Below are positions 25,987-40,996 of a stretch of 64,000 nucleotides of DNA, piece by piece. The notes beneath the pieces were generated by a model. The model searched no databases. It was given only the letters and a program-made list of their open reading frames with translations, and was not told where the DNA came from. Position numbers and translations under genes: made by a program. The stretch is from the NCBI GenBank assembly GCA_951406725.2, contig OX597821.1, positions 100,502,001 to 100,566,000 on the forward strand. Direction: 5' to 3'. This DNA is from Octopus vulgaris (lineage: Eukaryota). Positions within the stretch are counted from its first letter, which is position 1; every line of letters starts with the position of its first letter.

Positions 25987-26612
25987 GGGCGCTGCTATGG
26001 CGTTGCTATGTGGTAAGCAGGTTGCTTCCCATCCACATGATTCCGGATTCCGTCCCATTGCGTGGCAGTGGGTCTTCTACTATAACCACGGGCCGACCAA
26101 AGCCTTGTGAGAGGATTTGGTTGACAGAACTGACAGAAACGTTAGCACGCCTGGCGAAATACTTAGCGGTATTTCGTCTGCCGTTACGTTCTGAGTTCAA
26201 ATTCCGCTGAGGTCGACTTAGCTTTTCCTCCTTTCGGGGTCGATAAATTAAGTACCAGTTACGCACTGGGGTCGATGTAATCGACTTAATCCCTTTGTCT
26301 GTCCTTGTTTTTCCCCTCTATGTTTAGCCCCTTGTGGGCAATAAAGAAATAAGTAACCGGAAGCCCGTCGTACGTGTTTGTGCGTGTATGTATATGTGTG
26401 CGTTTGTGTGTATGCGTGTGTGTGTGTGTCTGTGTTTGACCCCCTATGAAGGCGTGACAACCGGTGCTGGTGTGTTTACATTCCTGTAACTAACGGTTTG
26501 ACAAAAGAGCCAATAGAAGAACTAACACGCTTTAAAAAAAAAGCCCTGGCGTCGATTCCTTCGACTAAAATTTCTCCAAGACGGTGCCCAGCATGGCCGC
26601 AGTTTAAAAGAT
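25987..26612 (+). mobile_element. SINE A interrupted by SINE B (26133-26351)
   Basis: A head up to GGATTTGG..AACTGA, then a B body and tail, then A resumes at GAAGCCCGTCG. Confidence 0.82.
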
Positions 26613-26659
26613 AATATATATATATATATATATATATAATGAAAAAAGTTATAGATTTA

Positions 26660-26991
26660 GGTACAGGAGTGGCTGTGTGATAAGTAGCTTGCTTACCAAC
26701 CACATGGCTCCGTGTTCGGTCCCACTGCGTGGTACTTGGGCAAGTTTCTTCTACTATAGCCTTGGGCCGACCAAAGCCTTGTGAGCAGATTTGGTATGCG
26801 GAAACTGAAAGAAGCCTGCCGTAAATATATATATGTGTGTGTGTGTGTATACGTTTGTGTGTCTGTGTTTGTCTCCCAACCATCGCTTCACAACCGAAGT
26901 TGGTGTGTTTACGTCCTTGTAACTTAGTGATTCGGCAAAAGGGCTGCAGTCAAATGACTGAAAAAGATAAAACAGTAAAAGAGTAAAAGAA
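26660..26991 (+). mobile_element. SINE group A, internal deletion
   Basis: Homologous to 1768-2180. Confidence 0.85.
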
Positions 26992-27379
26992 TATATATAT
27001 TCGTTATTTGCATTTCATAGTGATATACAAACAATAGTGATATTGTTCGTATGCTTATTGTTTTACATTCCAACAGATTCGAACGTAAATATGCTAGTCA
27101 CTCTTGTGTACGTAACAGGAAAACACAAAGCAAACAACCCCTCCCTTCTATCACAACGCTAATATGTTCATAACATATCCAGTTTATGGTATAAAGGATT
27201 CTGGGGCACCGATGTCTCGACGTGAATACACCTTGAGAATTTTGGCTCGACTCTGCTGGGATGAACGATAGCACTAAAACGTGCCAAAATCGCTGTGATC
27301 ACCTGTCAACAGCCGATGAATGGATCATCTAGCAGTGCGGAGTGTGTGTGTATGCGTGTGTGTATACACATGTATGAAT

Positions 27380-27828
<449 letters not shown>

Positions 27829-27914
27829 TATTAGAGACAAAACCACTATTTTGCAAAACAAACAAGGAAAGACTTAATCAATACATAAAATTTTAATAAA
27901 TAGTCAAAAAACCG

Positions 27915-27957
27915 CCACTACAATCGTTTCTTGTCTTGATCGACAATCTTCAGGTGG
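27915..27957 (-). ncRNA. complete minimal type-I hammerhead ribozyme motif
   Basis: Minus strand CCAC-CTGAAGA-TTGTC gatcaa GACAA-GAAA-CGATTG-TA-GTGG: 4-bp stem I, intact CUGANGA and GAAA, 5-bp stem II, near-palindromic ACGATTGT stem III and a GUA site (cut predicted between 27919 and 27918). Confidence 0.8.
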
Positions 27958-28394
27958 ACTTCAATCTAAAATATCAAAATTTTAAAATATACAAATAATA
28001 ATTTTAAAATAATTAAAGTATGAATGAAAAAATATAAATATATAATCCATATATAACCTAAATATAATCCATATATAATCAATATATAAACAATATATAA
28101 ACTAAAATAAACCTATCAACAATTTAATATAAAATATAAAATATAAAATATAAAATATAAAACAAAACAAAAAAATAATAATAATATAATAAACTATATA
28201 TACACCCATACACATATACCTAATTATATATAACCATATCTAACTACATACACTAAACCACACACCTATATATATATCCCTATACATACACATAAAAACG
28301 TCTAGGCAACTATAAATAAATAAAATAGCTAAATACTTCAACACAATACTTATTCATACTCCCACACACACACACATACAACCCACATTCACGC

Positions 28395-29480
28395 TCTAGA
28401 AAACGGACATCACTCAAAATTATGAACGGAGAAATTGAATAAATGGAATTAAAAATTATATTCACTTGGTAAAACGAACACTACTTAAAAATTATGAATG
28501 AAACAATGCAATAAAACAACAGACATCGCAAATATACACAAATTACTACGAATTCCTTAACAAACCTAACATGATAAACCAAAACTCACAAAAACATATA
28601 ATGATAAAATCTCCCTTTACTAAACTCTATAACATACCTATATAGCAATCCCCCTAACCTAAACATTCACACACAAATACACACACGTAAACCACACACC
28701 CACGACATATACAAATACCCACACCACTTACACATACCAATACATACATATAAACCTCAACATATACTCCAAAAACCCACTCAACCCCACACAGACAAAT
28801 AAACACAAAAATTATGAATGGATTCTTTTATAAAACTACCATGATAAGCTAAAACTCACAAAACAGAAATGATAAAACCTCCTTTACTAAACACTATAAC
28901 ATACTTATATAGCAATCCCTTTAACCTATACATTCACACACAAAAACACACATGTAAACCACACACCCATAATAAATACAAACACCCACCCCACTCACAC
29001 ACACCCACAAGTACATATAAGCCTCAATATATACACGAACAAAATTACTTTACCAAGGAACTTAACATATGTATAAAAAGTATAACCGATCCGGAAACGA
29101 ACATCTCTAAATTAATGAATGGAGAAATGGAATAAATGGAATTAAAAATAATATTCACGTGGCAAAACAAACACCACTCAAAAATTATGAATGAAACAAT
29201 GCAATAAAACAACCAACATCGAAAATAGACAAATTACCACGAATTCCCTAAAAAAACCATGATAAACCAAAACTCTTAAAAACATATAACGATAAAATCT
29301 CCCTTTGCTAAACTCTATAACAAACCTATATAGCAATCCCCCTAACCTAAACATTCACACACAAATACACACACGTAAACCACAGACCCACGACTTATAC
29401 ACATACCTATACTAACTTATAAACCTCAATATACACCAAAATCCACTCCTCCACACACAGACAAATTAACACATACATCC
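28395..29480. repeat. direct duplication (period ~690 bp) with a third partial copy
   Basis: About 28400-28810 matches about 29095-29470. The core ATGATAA..AAAACTC..CCTTT.CTAAAC..TATAGCAATCCC occurs at about 28571, 28841 and 29259. Confidence 0.9.
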
Positions 29481-29716
29481 CAAACCTAAATAACAAACCC
29501 ATATACACATTCACACACAAACACACACACAGGCAAAACACACACACACAACAGATACATATACTCCCTCACATATACGCATATACATACTCACTAAACT
29601 CGATATATACAACAATATTTACACACCCACACTCATACAGATAAATAAATTATACAACTAAAAACTCACACACAATCTCATATACATAAACACTCCTATG
29701 AAAACAACATTAAATA

Positions 29717-29822
29717 CATATATATATATATTCATATATATATTATATATATTCATATATATATATATTCTATATATATATATATATATTCATATATATA
29801 TATATTCATGTATATGTATATA

Positions 29823-29866
<44 letters not shown>

Positions 29867-29900
29867 TATATATATATTCATATATATATATTCATATATA

Positions 29901-29958
<58 letters not shown>

Positions 29959-30033
29959 TATATATATATATATATTCATATATGTATATATATATATATT
30001 CATATATATATATATATATTCATATATATATTA

Positions 30034-30084
<51 letters not shown>

Positions 30085-30114
30085 TATATATATATATTCA
30101 TGTATATGTATATA

Positions 30115-30152
<38 letters not shown>

Positions 30153-30234
30153 CGTATATGTATATATACATATATATGTATATGTATATATATATATAAA
30201 TATATATATTATATACACGGTCATAAGTATGTAG

Positions 30235-30270
<36 letters not shown>
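29717..30270. repeat. (TA)n tract with TTCA interruptions
   Basis: Directly visible. Confidence 0.95.
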
Positions 30271-30272
<2 letters not shown>

Positions 30273-30284
30273 CTGTAAGGCCTT

Positions 30285-30472
30285 CGCCATGCTTGATCGC
30301 TAGCCACTACACATTCTTTATTGTCTCTCCTTGTTTCTTTCTATGCTCCTTTCTGTGGAAGAGCGTAGGTTCGAAACGGTAAAGACTTTTTTCACTTCTC
30401 GAGCATTATACTAATATATCTGTTTGTTGTCTACACCACCTGTCTTCGTCTTTTTTTTTTTGTGTGAATTCT

Positions 30473-30476
<4 letters not shown>
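30285..30476 (+). mobile_element. family E element with hammerhead-like motif (30349-30384)
   Basis: CTTT-CTGTGGA-A-GAGC gtag GTTC-GAAAC-GGT-AAAG. Ends CTCCC(TA)n. Confidence 0.72.
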
Positions 30477-30543
<67 letters not shown>

Positions 30544-30639
30544 GAAATTGAATATTAAAAGTTGAACATTAACAATCGAATTTTAAAAATAGCAATAACA
30601 AAACAAGGGGACGTACACATGGACTATATTAGAGTGGGG

Positions 30640-30674
30640 TTTTAAAGTTTCAAGCATAGCTCTTCGTCAGAAAA
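30640..30674 (-). ncRNA. minimal hammerhead motif in an element (~30541-30720) ending at (TA)n
   Basis: Minus strand TTTT-CTGACGA-A-GAGC tat GCTT-GAAAC-TTT-AAAA. The core is intact but stem III and the cleavage triplet are decayed. Confidence 0.58.
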
Positions 30675-31151
30675 GAAAACAGAAAAGTCTCGAGAAGTTA
30701 AAATTTCACGAGAAGCACATATATGGTTACATCACTTAAGTGATACACACACATATATATATATGTATATATATAAATGTCTGTATATATATATGCATGT
30801 GTGTATGTATTTATGTATGTATGTATGTATGTGTATGTGTACTCGTCTGTGTCTGTATATGTATGGGAATAATTGCGTGTGTATGTAAGTATGTATATGA
30901 GTGTTCATAATGATAAATATGTCTGTTTGTATGTGACTTTGTATTAATGCATACATGAGAGTATGCAAATATTTGAGCTACATATGTGTCTATTTGTCAA
31001 CGAGTCAGTGAGTCATTTAATTAATGAGCCGATCAATCATTTAATCAATCATTGAAAATTAATCAAATGATCGGCTTCATCTTTTCTTTCCATGTAGCTA
31101 GTTATGTGCGTATCTCACTGGCAACTACCTAGCCATTTCTCCGTAAATTTA

Positions 31152-31159
31152 TCTCTCCC

Positions 31160-31235
<76 letters not shown>

Positions 31236-31862
31236 TCTCCCCATTCCCTTTACTTCTCTCTCTTCCTCCGCTTTTCTTCGCCTCTTTCTCTCTCTCGCTC
31301 TCTCTCTCTCTCTCTTTCTCTCTCTTTTCCAGTCACACTCTTTTCGTCGTTCTGTCTCTCTTATTCTTTCTCAATCTCTCTCACCCCCACTCTCTCCCTC
31401 TCTCCCCCTCTCTCTCTTTCTCTCTTCTCTCTCTCTCTCTCTCTCTCCATATATTTCGTCGAATGTCAGTTTACATTTCTCTTTCTCTCTCTCTTTCTCC
31501 CTTTCCATATATCTGCCTGTATATCTGTCTGTCTTTACCTCACTCTTTCCCTCCCTCACATACGCACACACACGCACACACACACTCTCTCTTTCTCTCT
31601 CTCTCTCTCTCTCGTTCTCTCTCTTCCCCCTCTCTCTCTCTCCCTCTTCCTGTCACTCTCTAGATATCGGTTCTCTCTGCTCGCTCGTTCTCTCTTTCAG
31701 TCACTTCGTGTATATTTTCTATCTCTGTTTCTGTGTATCATTCCATCTGCCTATTTCTCTTTTTCTCTCTCTCTCTCTCTCTCTCTCTTTCCTTCTCTCT
31801 CTCTTCTCTCTCTGTATCTAGCTCGCTGTCTGTCTGCTTCTTCTATCTTTTCTTTTTCTTTT
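31152..31862. repeat. (CT)-rich polypyrimidine low-complexity region
   Basis: Directly visible. Confidence 0.9.
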
Positions 31863-31957
31863 TCATAATGGTCGTCTTGTTTATTTATCTCTGCGGCTTC
31901 TGTGTCTACTTGTATATAAGATGCACAAGTACTACATATCGTACACACACACACACA

Positions 31958-32061
<104 letters not shown>

Positions 32062-32215
32062 ATATAACACACCAAATATATACAGACCCAGCTATAAATA
32101 CTAATATACAGATATAAATATATATATATATGCACTCAGAAAATATGCGTACATGCAATAACATGCGCATATCACGAACTTACTCACCTTCTCTCCTCAC
32201 TCTCCAGACCCCCCT

Positions 32216-32251
<36 letters not shown>

Positions 32252-33188
32252 TCTCTTACACACGCACACACATACACACACAAGCGCGCTGTATCTTTCT
32301 ATCCATCTGCCTACCTATAATGAACTCACCATTGAGGGATACAAATATATAGATATGCTTATAATTACTTTTTCACACAGATAGATATACATGATATGCA
32401 CGCATGTGTACGCGCGCGTGTATGTGTGTGCACGCGTACGCTTGTATTGTCTACGTTTCCTCAACACATACGCTTAGCGTCCTTGTATATTATAAGCCAC
32501 TAAATGTAAATACACACACGTGATTAATTGCTAAGCTGCCCGCGGAACAAATCCACTGAACCAATTTTAGTTTTCCTAAGAAAGCATTTCACTTCATTTC
32601 CGCTTCTACGGTTATTGAGAACGGCATGAACCTCTCGACATCATATACTCTATTTTACTAGGATTATATATACGAGATTAGAGACACAAAGGGGGTTAAC
32701 GCTCTGAACGAAGACTTAATTGTGTAGCAGTATTTTGTCTTATACTTATCAAAACATTTCTTACATTATGTAAACATTGATAGTGCTGAATAGAGACACA
32801 CAAAAGCATAACATTCTGGTGACACTATTGATTAAATATGCATAGACTATGCTTTTATGCTCACATACAGGAATGTACCTATCTATATTCATATATAGAT
32901 CGATGCATTTGTGCGTACATCCATGCGTACGTGCGTACATACATCCAAGCATCTATGCATACATATGAGCGCAGGCATGGCTTTGTGGCTAAAATGACTT
33001 ACTTTGCAACCGCGTGGCTTCGGGTTCGGCCCCACGGTGCAGCACCTTGGGCAATTATCTTCTTCTGCTATAGCCCCGGGTTGACCAATTCCTTGTGAAT
33101 GAATTTGGTCGGAAAAGGCTCTATGAAAACCCGTCGAGTGTGTGTTTGTGTTATGTGTGTGTACTTGTGTGTGTGTGCTTGTGTGTGT

Positions 33189-33231
<43 letters not shown>

Positions 33232-34008
33232 TGTGTGTTTGTGTGTGTAAGTGCTTGTGTTAGGTTTTAAAGAACGAAAACGCAAACGCAAGCAACAGGG
33301 CAATGTCTATATATGGAATTAATATCTAAACAGACACTACAACATTTATATACAAAAACATTTATATACAGCATTTATATACAAAAACGTTAGGGAACAC
33401 GGAAGAATCATAATACTGTAATAGGGTACATTCATACCACCAAAGAAGTCGGCTTTTGTAGGAGAGATGGTGACAGGTTGTTGAGAGTTACTGGGATTGT
33501 GAGAAATATTATTTTCTATCTTATAGCTCATCAGCAACATCTACTCAATGGCCGTAGAACTGATCCAACATTGATTGATGGTTATAGCACGTCAATGATT
33601 TGTACAACTAAGAGTAGGAGGTGAACTCGTTAAAAACATTTCTTGTAACTTTTATGTTGCATTCACGATTAAGTTTGTTACGAGCAAACTCTTATTGACT
33701 TTCCCCTATAAAATATGTACCCTTTTACCAAGTTATAACAAAAAGTTAGTGAAATATTTAAAATGTTTACAGTTGGATAGATAGACAAATATAACAAAAT
33801 AATTTGATAAAAAATGTGAATTTTTAATTTTTTTCTGAGATTTTACAAAAATAACAAAAATATTTTTTAATATTTTTTAATATTAGCAATACACTTTGCA
33901 GTAAATTTGAGCTAATGACAAGTCCGTATGTTCCTATGTATTCTTAACTTGTTCCTGTTCAAAGAGCACCAGTTCCTGTTAGATATACGTCCTGTGTAAA
34001 ACGCAAGC

Positions 34009-34112
34009 ATCACAAGCACATAATCCCCTATGACTTGTTCGCACCCTATATCACGCACAAGTCAAACACATCATCTCCTATGACTTGTTCGAACCCTATA
34101 TCATCTACAAGT
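34009..34112. repeat. ~51-bp tandem duplication
   Basis: CCCTATGACTTGTTCG.ACCCTATATCA at about 34026 and 34076. Confidence 0.85.
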
Positions 34113-34170
34113 GCCATATCTTTACCAATTTCATGCAGACTTTCTGTTAGTGGAAAACTTGGAAAGCCAA

Positions 34171-34402
34171 GGGTGGCGAGCTGGCAGAAACGTTAGCACG
34201 CCGGGTGAAATGCTTTGCGGTATTTCGTCTGTCTTTACGTTCTGAGTTCAAATTCCGCCGAGGTCGACTTTGCCTTTCATCCTTTCGGGGTCGATTAAAT
34301 AAGTACCAGTTACGCACAGGGGTCGATATAATCGACTTAATCCGTTTGTCTATCCTTGTTTGTCCCCTTTGTGTTTAGCCCCTTGTGGGTAGTAAAGAAA
34401 TA
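34171..34402 (+). mobile_element. SINE group B, full length, 18-bp TSD
   Basis: GGAAAACTTGGAAAGCCA at 34152-34169 and 34403-34420. Confidence 0.93.
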
Positions 34403-37085
34403 GGAAAACTTGGAAAGCCACGGATACAGTCTGGCGATATATTTTCATAAGCACTATTCAAAATTAAGGGTTTTATTTCATTCCTTGACTCAGCAGTGTT
34501 ATCTGCAGCCATGGGCTCGAGCACAGGGGCTGCAGGAGGTGCAAGCACACCTATAATTTTTGGCGGTGCAAAATCAAAATTTGCTCTCCTACTTACTTTT
34601 CTCGGGGTTAGAAAATAGTGCGTAAAAAGTGATCTGTAAGAAGTCGCTTGAAGTTAGGTTTTTTCTCAAAGAACGAAGAACAAAATATACCCTGTTTCTA
34701 AAAGGGCCTGGGTTTGCACTCCCTAAGCAAATTTTGTCCCAAGCCAACGTCCACAGCATCCATTATGTTGAACTTCTTCCAGAAGTCTCTAACTGTAGGT
34801 TTATCCTCATCATCAATTGCTCTCTTAAGTTATTTGAAAGTTCTAATAATATGCCTTGAAGTTAGCTATAACACCTTGATCCGTAAGATGGTGTGAATTT
34901 GTATTCCGGGGGATATATACGCCTCTCACATTATCGGAAAACTCGGGCAATGCTTTGTTGAAATTGTTATGCCTGGCATTGTACAGGACAAAATGTTTGT
35001 AAACTGCTCTTCGACGAGATATTTAGTCATCCATGGTTTATTATTTAAACGTCAAATTAAATTTTGCATAAGTTTTAAAATCCTTAGGTTTTGGGAGTGA
35101 TAGACGAGTAGGTGTTTTAATTTCAAAATACTAACAACATTTGCTCCCAGAAGATGCCTCGACGATGTTTAAAAACTCGAAATTCTGATGTTGATTTTTG
35201 TTTCCGTTCGAGAAATAAAGTCCAAGTCGGTAACAGCTTCCACAAAAATACCGTTTCATAAGAAATGTATACATGCTCTAATGTGTAGCCCCCTTTAGCA
35301 ATAATTTTTAAAAATCTATTCTTTTTTTATTAACAGTTTTTTTTAATTAATTGCTTAATGTGGAGGAATGGATTGTGTGCATGGCTTTCGTAAGCCGTTC
35401 TCGTCCGATGATATCAAGTAACAAATACTCAATACAGATATAAACAGCAGCAGCAACGACGATGAAGACGGCGGTAGCAGCGACGATAGCGATGGACAAC
35501 AGCGGCGACGTGCACGCAGGCTGTGGAGATGGCGATGTTGCCTCAGACCCCCACCTCGCTTATTCAATTCAAAACCATCCCCTTTTAACCTACTCTCAAA
35601 AAGTTCTGAGATCAAATACCGCCGAGGTCAGCTTTGTTTATCATTCTTTCGGAGCTGATAAAATAAAGTTCCCGTCAAGTATTGGTACTGATGTAATCAA
35701 GTAAGCCTCTCCGCCAAAATTGCTGGCCTTGTGCCAAAATTTGAAATCCAAGTTATTATTAAGGCGGAGAACTGTTAGAAACATTTCTTTTCTTCTGCTC
35801 AGGGTAATTAGTAGCAGCCTCTGTATCAGCGCCAGCAGTCCAACCTGTCATTTTATATTCTGCGAATCCATACACCTGTTAAACCTTTCAGACCAGACAT
35901 TACAGACATTAGAAGTTTATTCTTTTTCAGCTAATCACCGTACAGACTTTTGGCCCTTTTAATTACCAACATGCTTATCGTTATATTACGCCGAGTTTGG
36001 TTTTTGATCCATACAGCCAAAGACTGTCCCATTTTTAAGCATTACATTATATATATGAAAAAATTAGGTCCGAACAATTAACGTACTAATTTCTTCAGCA
36101 TTGACTTAATTTTCCTTCTAGTAACACCTATTCTCACAGTATATATTACACGCTTCAATGTTTTGATACTAACTATTTTCTCTTGCTCATAAGGTATTTC
36201 AAAGCATCAACTTAAGTATCTTGTTTAATCCTTTTTACAGTTCACTTGATGACTTCTTTCCAGAAATCTTGAATTGTAGGTAAGTCCAAAAGTGGCGACA
36301 GTCAAAACTTATCACTCAACAAATCTATAGTTAAAAAAGATAGCACCAGGAAAAATTGTTTTCTGGGAGTAAAAAAATTATTACTTATTCTGTTGGATGT
36401 AAGAATGTAAATGTAATGAAAGGGTGGACTGAGGAAGGATGAAGTAAAATATAATTAAAGTTAGCTAAAGGATTACCAGATTCATAGCTACTTCGCTCCT
36501 AAGCTCCCTGACTTGAGCCATAGAAACTTCACAACCTATTCATACACATTCACCGGTGTTTTGGCATACAACATACGTAGGTACAGACAAGAATTTCATG
36601 GTGGTACTATAGTTGTTGTTGCCAGTTGGTTATTTAAAAGTTGGTTTAGTAACGGTGGTAGTGAGTGTGTCAGTTGTATTGGTATTAATAATGGCGATCA
36701 TGGTAATAGTGATGGTAGGTTGTACTGTTAATGTTAGCAATGGTCACATTGTTCTTGATAATTGTATGATTGTTCCGGTTTAGACTAAAGTCAATCCTCA
36801 ATGACCTAAATATAAAGACATTTTGTTCAACTTTTAAAATACATCAGGATATCACATTAACTTCAGCCATTATATTTTAGTTTAGATTGAGTTGCTTATC
36901 ATGTGCATACTATTATTGCCTTTGTCGTAGTACACTAAGAACTTGGTGGGTTGATAAGGCTGGCGGGTGTAACAGTTTGGGTGTTGATGGTTGATGCTGG
37001 TGGTTGTGGTGATGGTGGTAAGTGTTGATTTAAATAAATAGACGGACAGACAGATAAATGGATAGATATATAGACAGACACAGAC

Positions 37086-37117
<32 letters not shown>

Positions 37118-37164
37118 TGACAGACAGACAGACAGACAGATAGATAGATAGATAGATAGATAGG

Positions 37165-37241
<77 letters not shown>

Positions 37242-37368
37242 CATTGTGACACTAAAGTATACACAAACAGACACAAATATTCCACCTACTTTATAAGTGA
37301 TTATAGTGTCATATACAAAAGCATACACATTCACATACATATATACACATATAGACGCAGACACACTC

Positions 37369-37425
<57 letters not shown>

Positions 37426-37737
37426 CGCGTGTGTGTGTGTGTGTGTGTGTGTGTCTATGTATGTAATGTAGTAAGTATTTTTTCAAATTGTGAACTAATT
37501 TCATATTTGTTTTAATCACTAATGAAAATTAACTGTATGAAAGAGAAAGGAAAAGATTAAGATACATTACAAATCTCTATGTAGGAGTACCCTGAGACGT
37601 GGAATGCATTTCAAGGCTTCCCAAAGGCTTTAAAGGCTAGGGAAGTCTGCTATAATCCAATAATATTCAAGTGCCTCAATAAAGCCTGACAAGGTGAAGC
37701 AATCATCATTTATAAAATATATATATATATATATATA

Positions 37738-38035
37738 TCACCGTGACCGGCCAGGCTATCAGATGTTGCTACACATCGCTGGTCAAAATGCGCTTTGCAT
37801 TGTTTTAGCCTTCAAATGACGCCACCCCGCTGGCTAAGCGAGCAGGCCAACAGAAGAAAGAGTGAGAGAAAGTTGCGGCGAAAGAGTACAGCAGGGATCA
37901 CCACCATCCCCTGCCGGAGCCTCGTGGAGCTTTAGGTGTTTTCGCTCAATAAACACCCACAACGACCGGTCTGGGAATCGAAACCGCGATCCTACCGAGT
38001 CCGCTGCCCTAACCACTGGGCCATTGCGCCTCCAC
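37738..38035 (-). mobile_element. SINE group C with tail type 2
   Basis: C head and body, then GGCCTGCTCGCTTAGCCAGCGGGGTGGCG..GGTCACGGTGA(TA)n. An 18-bp direct repeat AAGGTGAAGCAATCATCA lies at 37691-37708 and 38044-38061. Confidence 0.85.
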
Positions 38036-38058
38036 ATATGTATAAGGTGAAGCAATCA

Positions 38059-38141
<83 letters not shown>

Positions 38142-38165
38142 TATATACGTATGTATGTATGTATG

Positions 38166-38201
<36 letters not shown>

Positions 38202-38245
38202 CATACATATATACAGACATACACAAACACACACACACACACACA

Positions 38246-38637
38246 CACCGTGCAGTGAGGAAGCTGTCATTTAAATTAGGCGAAGATAAAAATAACACTC
38301 ACATCTCATTTTAGATATATTTACCAGAATTACATAGAAATACATTGAAATACTAAAGAGGAAACTTATTCAATAAAATCGCCATTGACTTCAACCACAC
38401 CCTCCAGACAACTTCGGAATCTTCTGCACCTCTTCTGGACGGTCTCCTTGTCTAAGTTGGTGAATGCTGCCATAATCGTTGCTTCAATTCAATGAGTTTT
38501 GTAAGTCTCTCGCTTAACTGCGCCCCACACATAATGACCAAGGGGATTGCAATCTGAGAACTTAGTGGCCAGACATTAGGGTGTGAGGTGGTCGCAGAAT
38601 TTGTCTGACAACCATGATTGGGTCCTCCTGCTTGTGT

Positions 38638-38638
<1 letters not shown>
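38246..38638 (-). mobile_element. Tc1/mariner-superfamily (maT/DD37D-like) transposase 3' remnant
   Basis: Frameshifted minus translation HTSRRTQSWLSDKFCDHL..PNVWP..DCNPLGHYVWGAVKRET..IMAAFTNLDKETVQKRCRRFRSCLEGVVEVNGDFIE* resembles the WPPNSPDLNPLDY..W..V..NG..IE C-terminus. Stop at 38366-38368. Confidence 0.8.
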
Positions 38639-38718
<80 letters not shown>

Positions 38719-38721
<3 letters not shown>

Positions 38722-38818
38722 TGTTTCTTTATTAGCCACACAGGGCTGCACACAGACGGGACAAATTACAAGGTAGAGCTTTTCTTTTGGGGGATTAGAA
38801 AAAGGGGGGTTGGTTTTC
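38719..38818 (-). mobile_element. ~100-bp 3' end of the Tx1-like LINE family embedded in (GATA)n
   Basis: TTTCTTTATTAGCCACACAGGGCTG..GGGACAAAT..GTAGAGCTTTTCTTTT matches 9188-9253. (GATA)n on both sides. Confidence 0.82.
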
Positions 38819-38937
<119 letters not shown>

Positions 38938-39524
38938 CAGTCGATCGACGGAACGATAGAGCGTTGGTTCGATAGTTACGTACAACCACAGACTATCTCC
39001 TTTCATGCAAACAGTCCGCTCCATGCAACGCATGTGCCAGATGTAGGTGAAAGCCGATGAACAAACACAACGCCGAGATTCCTTACGCCATACAGAACAC
39101 AACACAGTACAATATATCGTTGCATTTATCACTCTGCTTTTTCTATAGTCGAACAGAAACAATACTTCAAAGCTGATAATTATTGTTGTCTAATTAAGCG
39201 ACATCAAATTTAATTAGTCAGCATCGTGGGATCTATCATGTGACTGTTGAAGTTTGACAAATTGATCAAAGATTGCATTGTTCAATCGTATTTGTTTGGA
39301 AAACGACAATTCGATTTGGTTGACCGTGAAAGTTTTTCCATAAACCTTTATATTTCATTTCGTGACATCGTAGCAATAACGGTGAAAGTCGGGAAAGGCA
39401 AATAAACAATAAACATTTCATTGCATCTTCTCTAAACACCATCAATTTAACCAAATACCAACACAAACATCATTCGAGATTGCAGTCCTTAATGAAGTGT
39501 GCTCGCCATTAACGCCACCATGAC

Positions 39525-39553
39525 CATCGTCGTCGTCATCATCATCATTGTCG

Positions 39554-39628
<75 letters not shown>

Positions 39629-39750
39629 ACAACAACAACAAAAACAATACCATCAGCAGCAGCAGCATCGCCACTATCGTTTCCATTATTATTATCACCA
39701 TCATCTTCATCACGAACGTCATCAGCATTATCGTCATCATCATCCCTATT

Positions 39751-39790
<40 letters not shown>

Positions 39791-39915
39791 ACATCATCAT
39801 CAACATCATCATTACCACTATCATTATCACCACTATCGTCATCGTCATCATCATCATCACTGTCATCATTGGACTATCATCCTCCTCTTCCTCCTTCTCA
39901 TCATCATCATCATCA
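39525..39915. repeat. (CAT)n degenerate microsatellite
   Basis: Directly visible. Confidence 0.92.
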
Positions 39916-40996
39916 ACTTTTTTCTGTGGTGTGTGTGGGGGGTGTACATATTTGTACATGTTCGCATACATGCGTGTCTGTGTATGTTTATTTGTATGTG
40001 TGAATGTGTGTGTATGTGTGTGTGTGTGTGTACGAGAGAGAGAGAGGGGCATGTGTATGTGTGTGTAAATGTTTGTGACAGAGAGCAGGTGTGTTACTGA
40101 ATCTAAGCAGAACATCCATCGCATTATGTCCACCTTTCCCCATGCTGTTTATGAAGCCAGCCACAAAGAAATCACTAAAACTTCACCTGTTTCCACAAAA
40201 AGAAATCTTTTGGCTACTCTTTACCCCACCCCACCGCTTTGCGTACCGTGGTGGCCCGCCCTTATATGGTTCTTTGACCTGCAACAATTAACAGCCTCAA
40301 ATCACACTGCATTGTCTTTGAAAATATAATGTAGAGCCCTAAATAATGTCATCTTGCCTACGCCTTTTTAAAATAAAAGGCGGGAAAGTCACGGTTGAAA
40401 AGCCTTTTTCTTGATTCATAGATCTGCTCGATTATCGCTGGGGTTAAATAACAACAACCGTGGACACTCATTGGATAAAGTAGCCATGCATATACTACAC
40501 GACGGCGAATTGGCGGAATCGTTAGAGCGTCGAATATCTTGTGGAATTAGTTCCATATCTCAGCATTCTGAGCTCAAATCCCGCTGAGATCGGTTTTACC
40601 AGTTGTCAGTAATTAAGAGCCAGTAATTAAAGAATCAGTCGTGTTCTAGCGCCGAAGCCTCCCCCTCTCTTTCTCTTCTTTCTCTCTCTCTCCAATCTCT
40701 ACCTCCTTCCTTACTCCCTTTTCCCTCTCTCCTCTCCCTACATTTGTCTTTGCTTCCTTTGTGGCAGAAATCAGTTGTGGTTTGACTTGGCGGAACCAGG
40801 TCCAATAGCGTGTTACAGCGCAGCTAGCGGACGGTCTACCCCGAGTGATGATTTTATTGGCGAGTTCGCTTTATAAACCTCTATAGGGCAGGTGGACCGT
40901 AGGCCGGGGACCGAGGAGGTAGGTGATGGTAGCAAACTCAAGAGTTTACCCCAGAAGTCACACACTCTAGCTATGCTAATGTCCAGGTCAAGAGGA

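Noticed and set aside
39171-39222. AT-rich hairpin as a pre-miRNA
   Set aside because: About 18 mostly A-U pairs with bulges, and no recognisable conserved miRNA.
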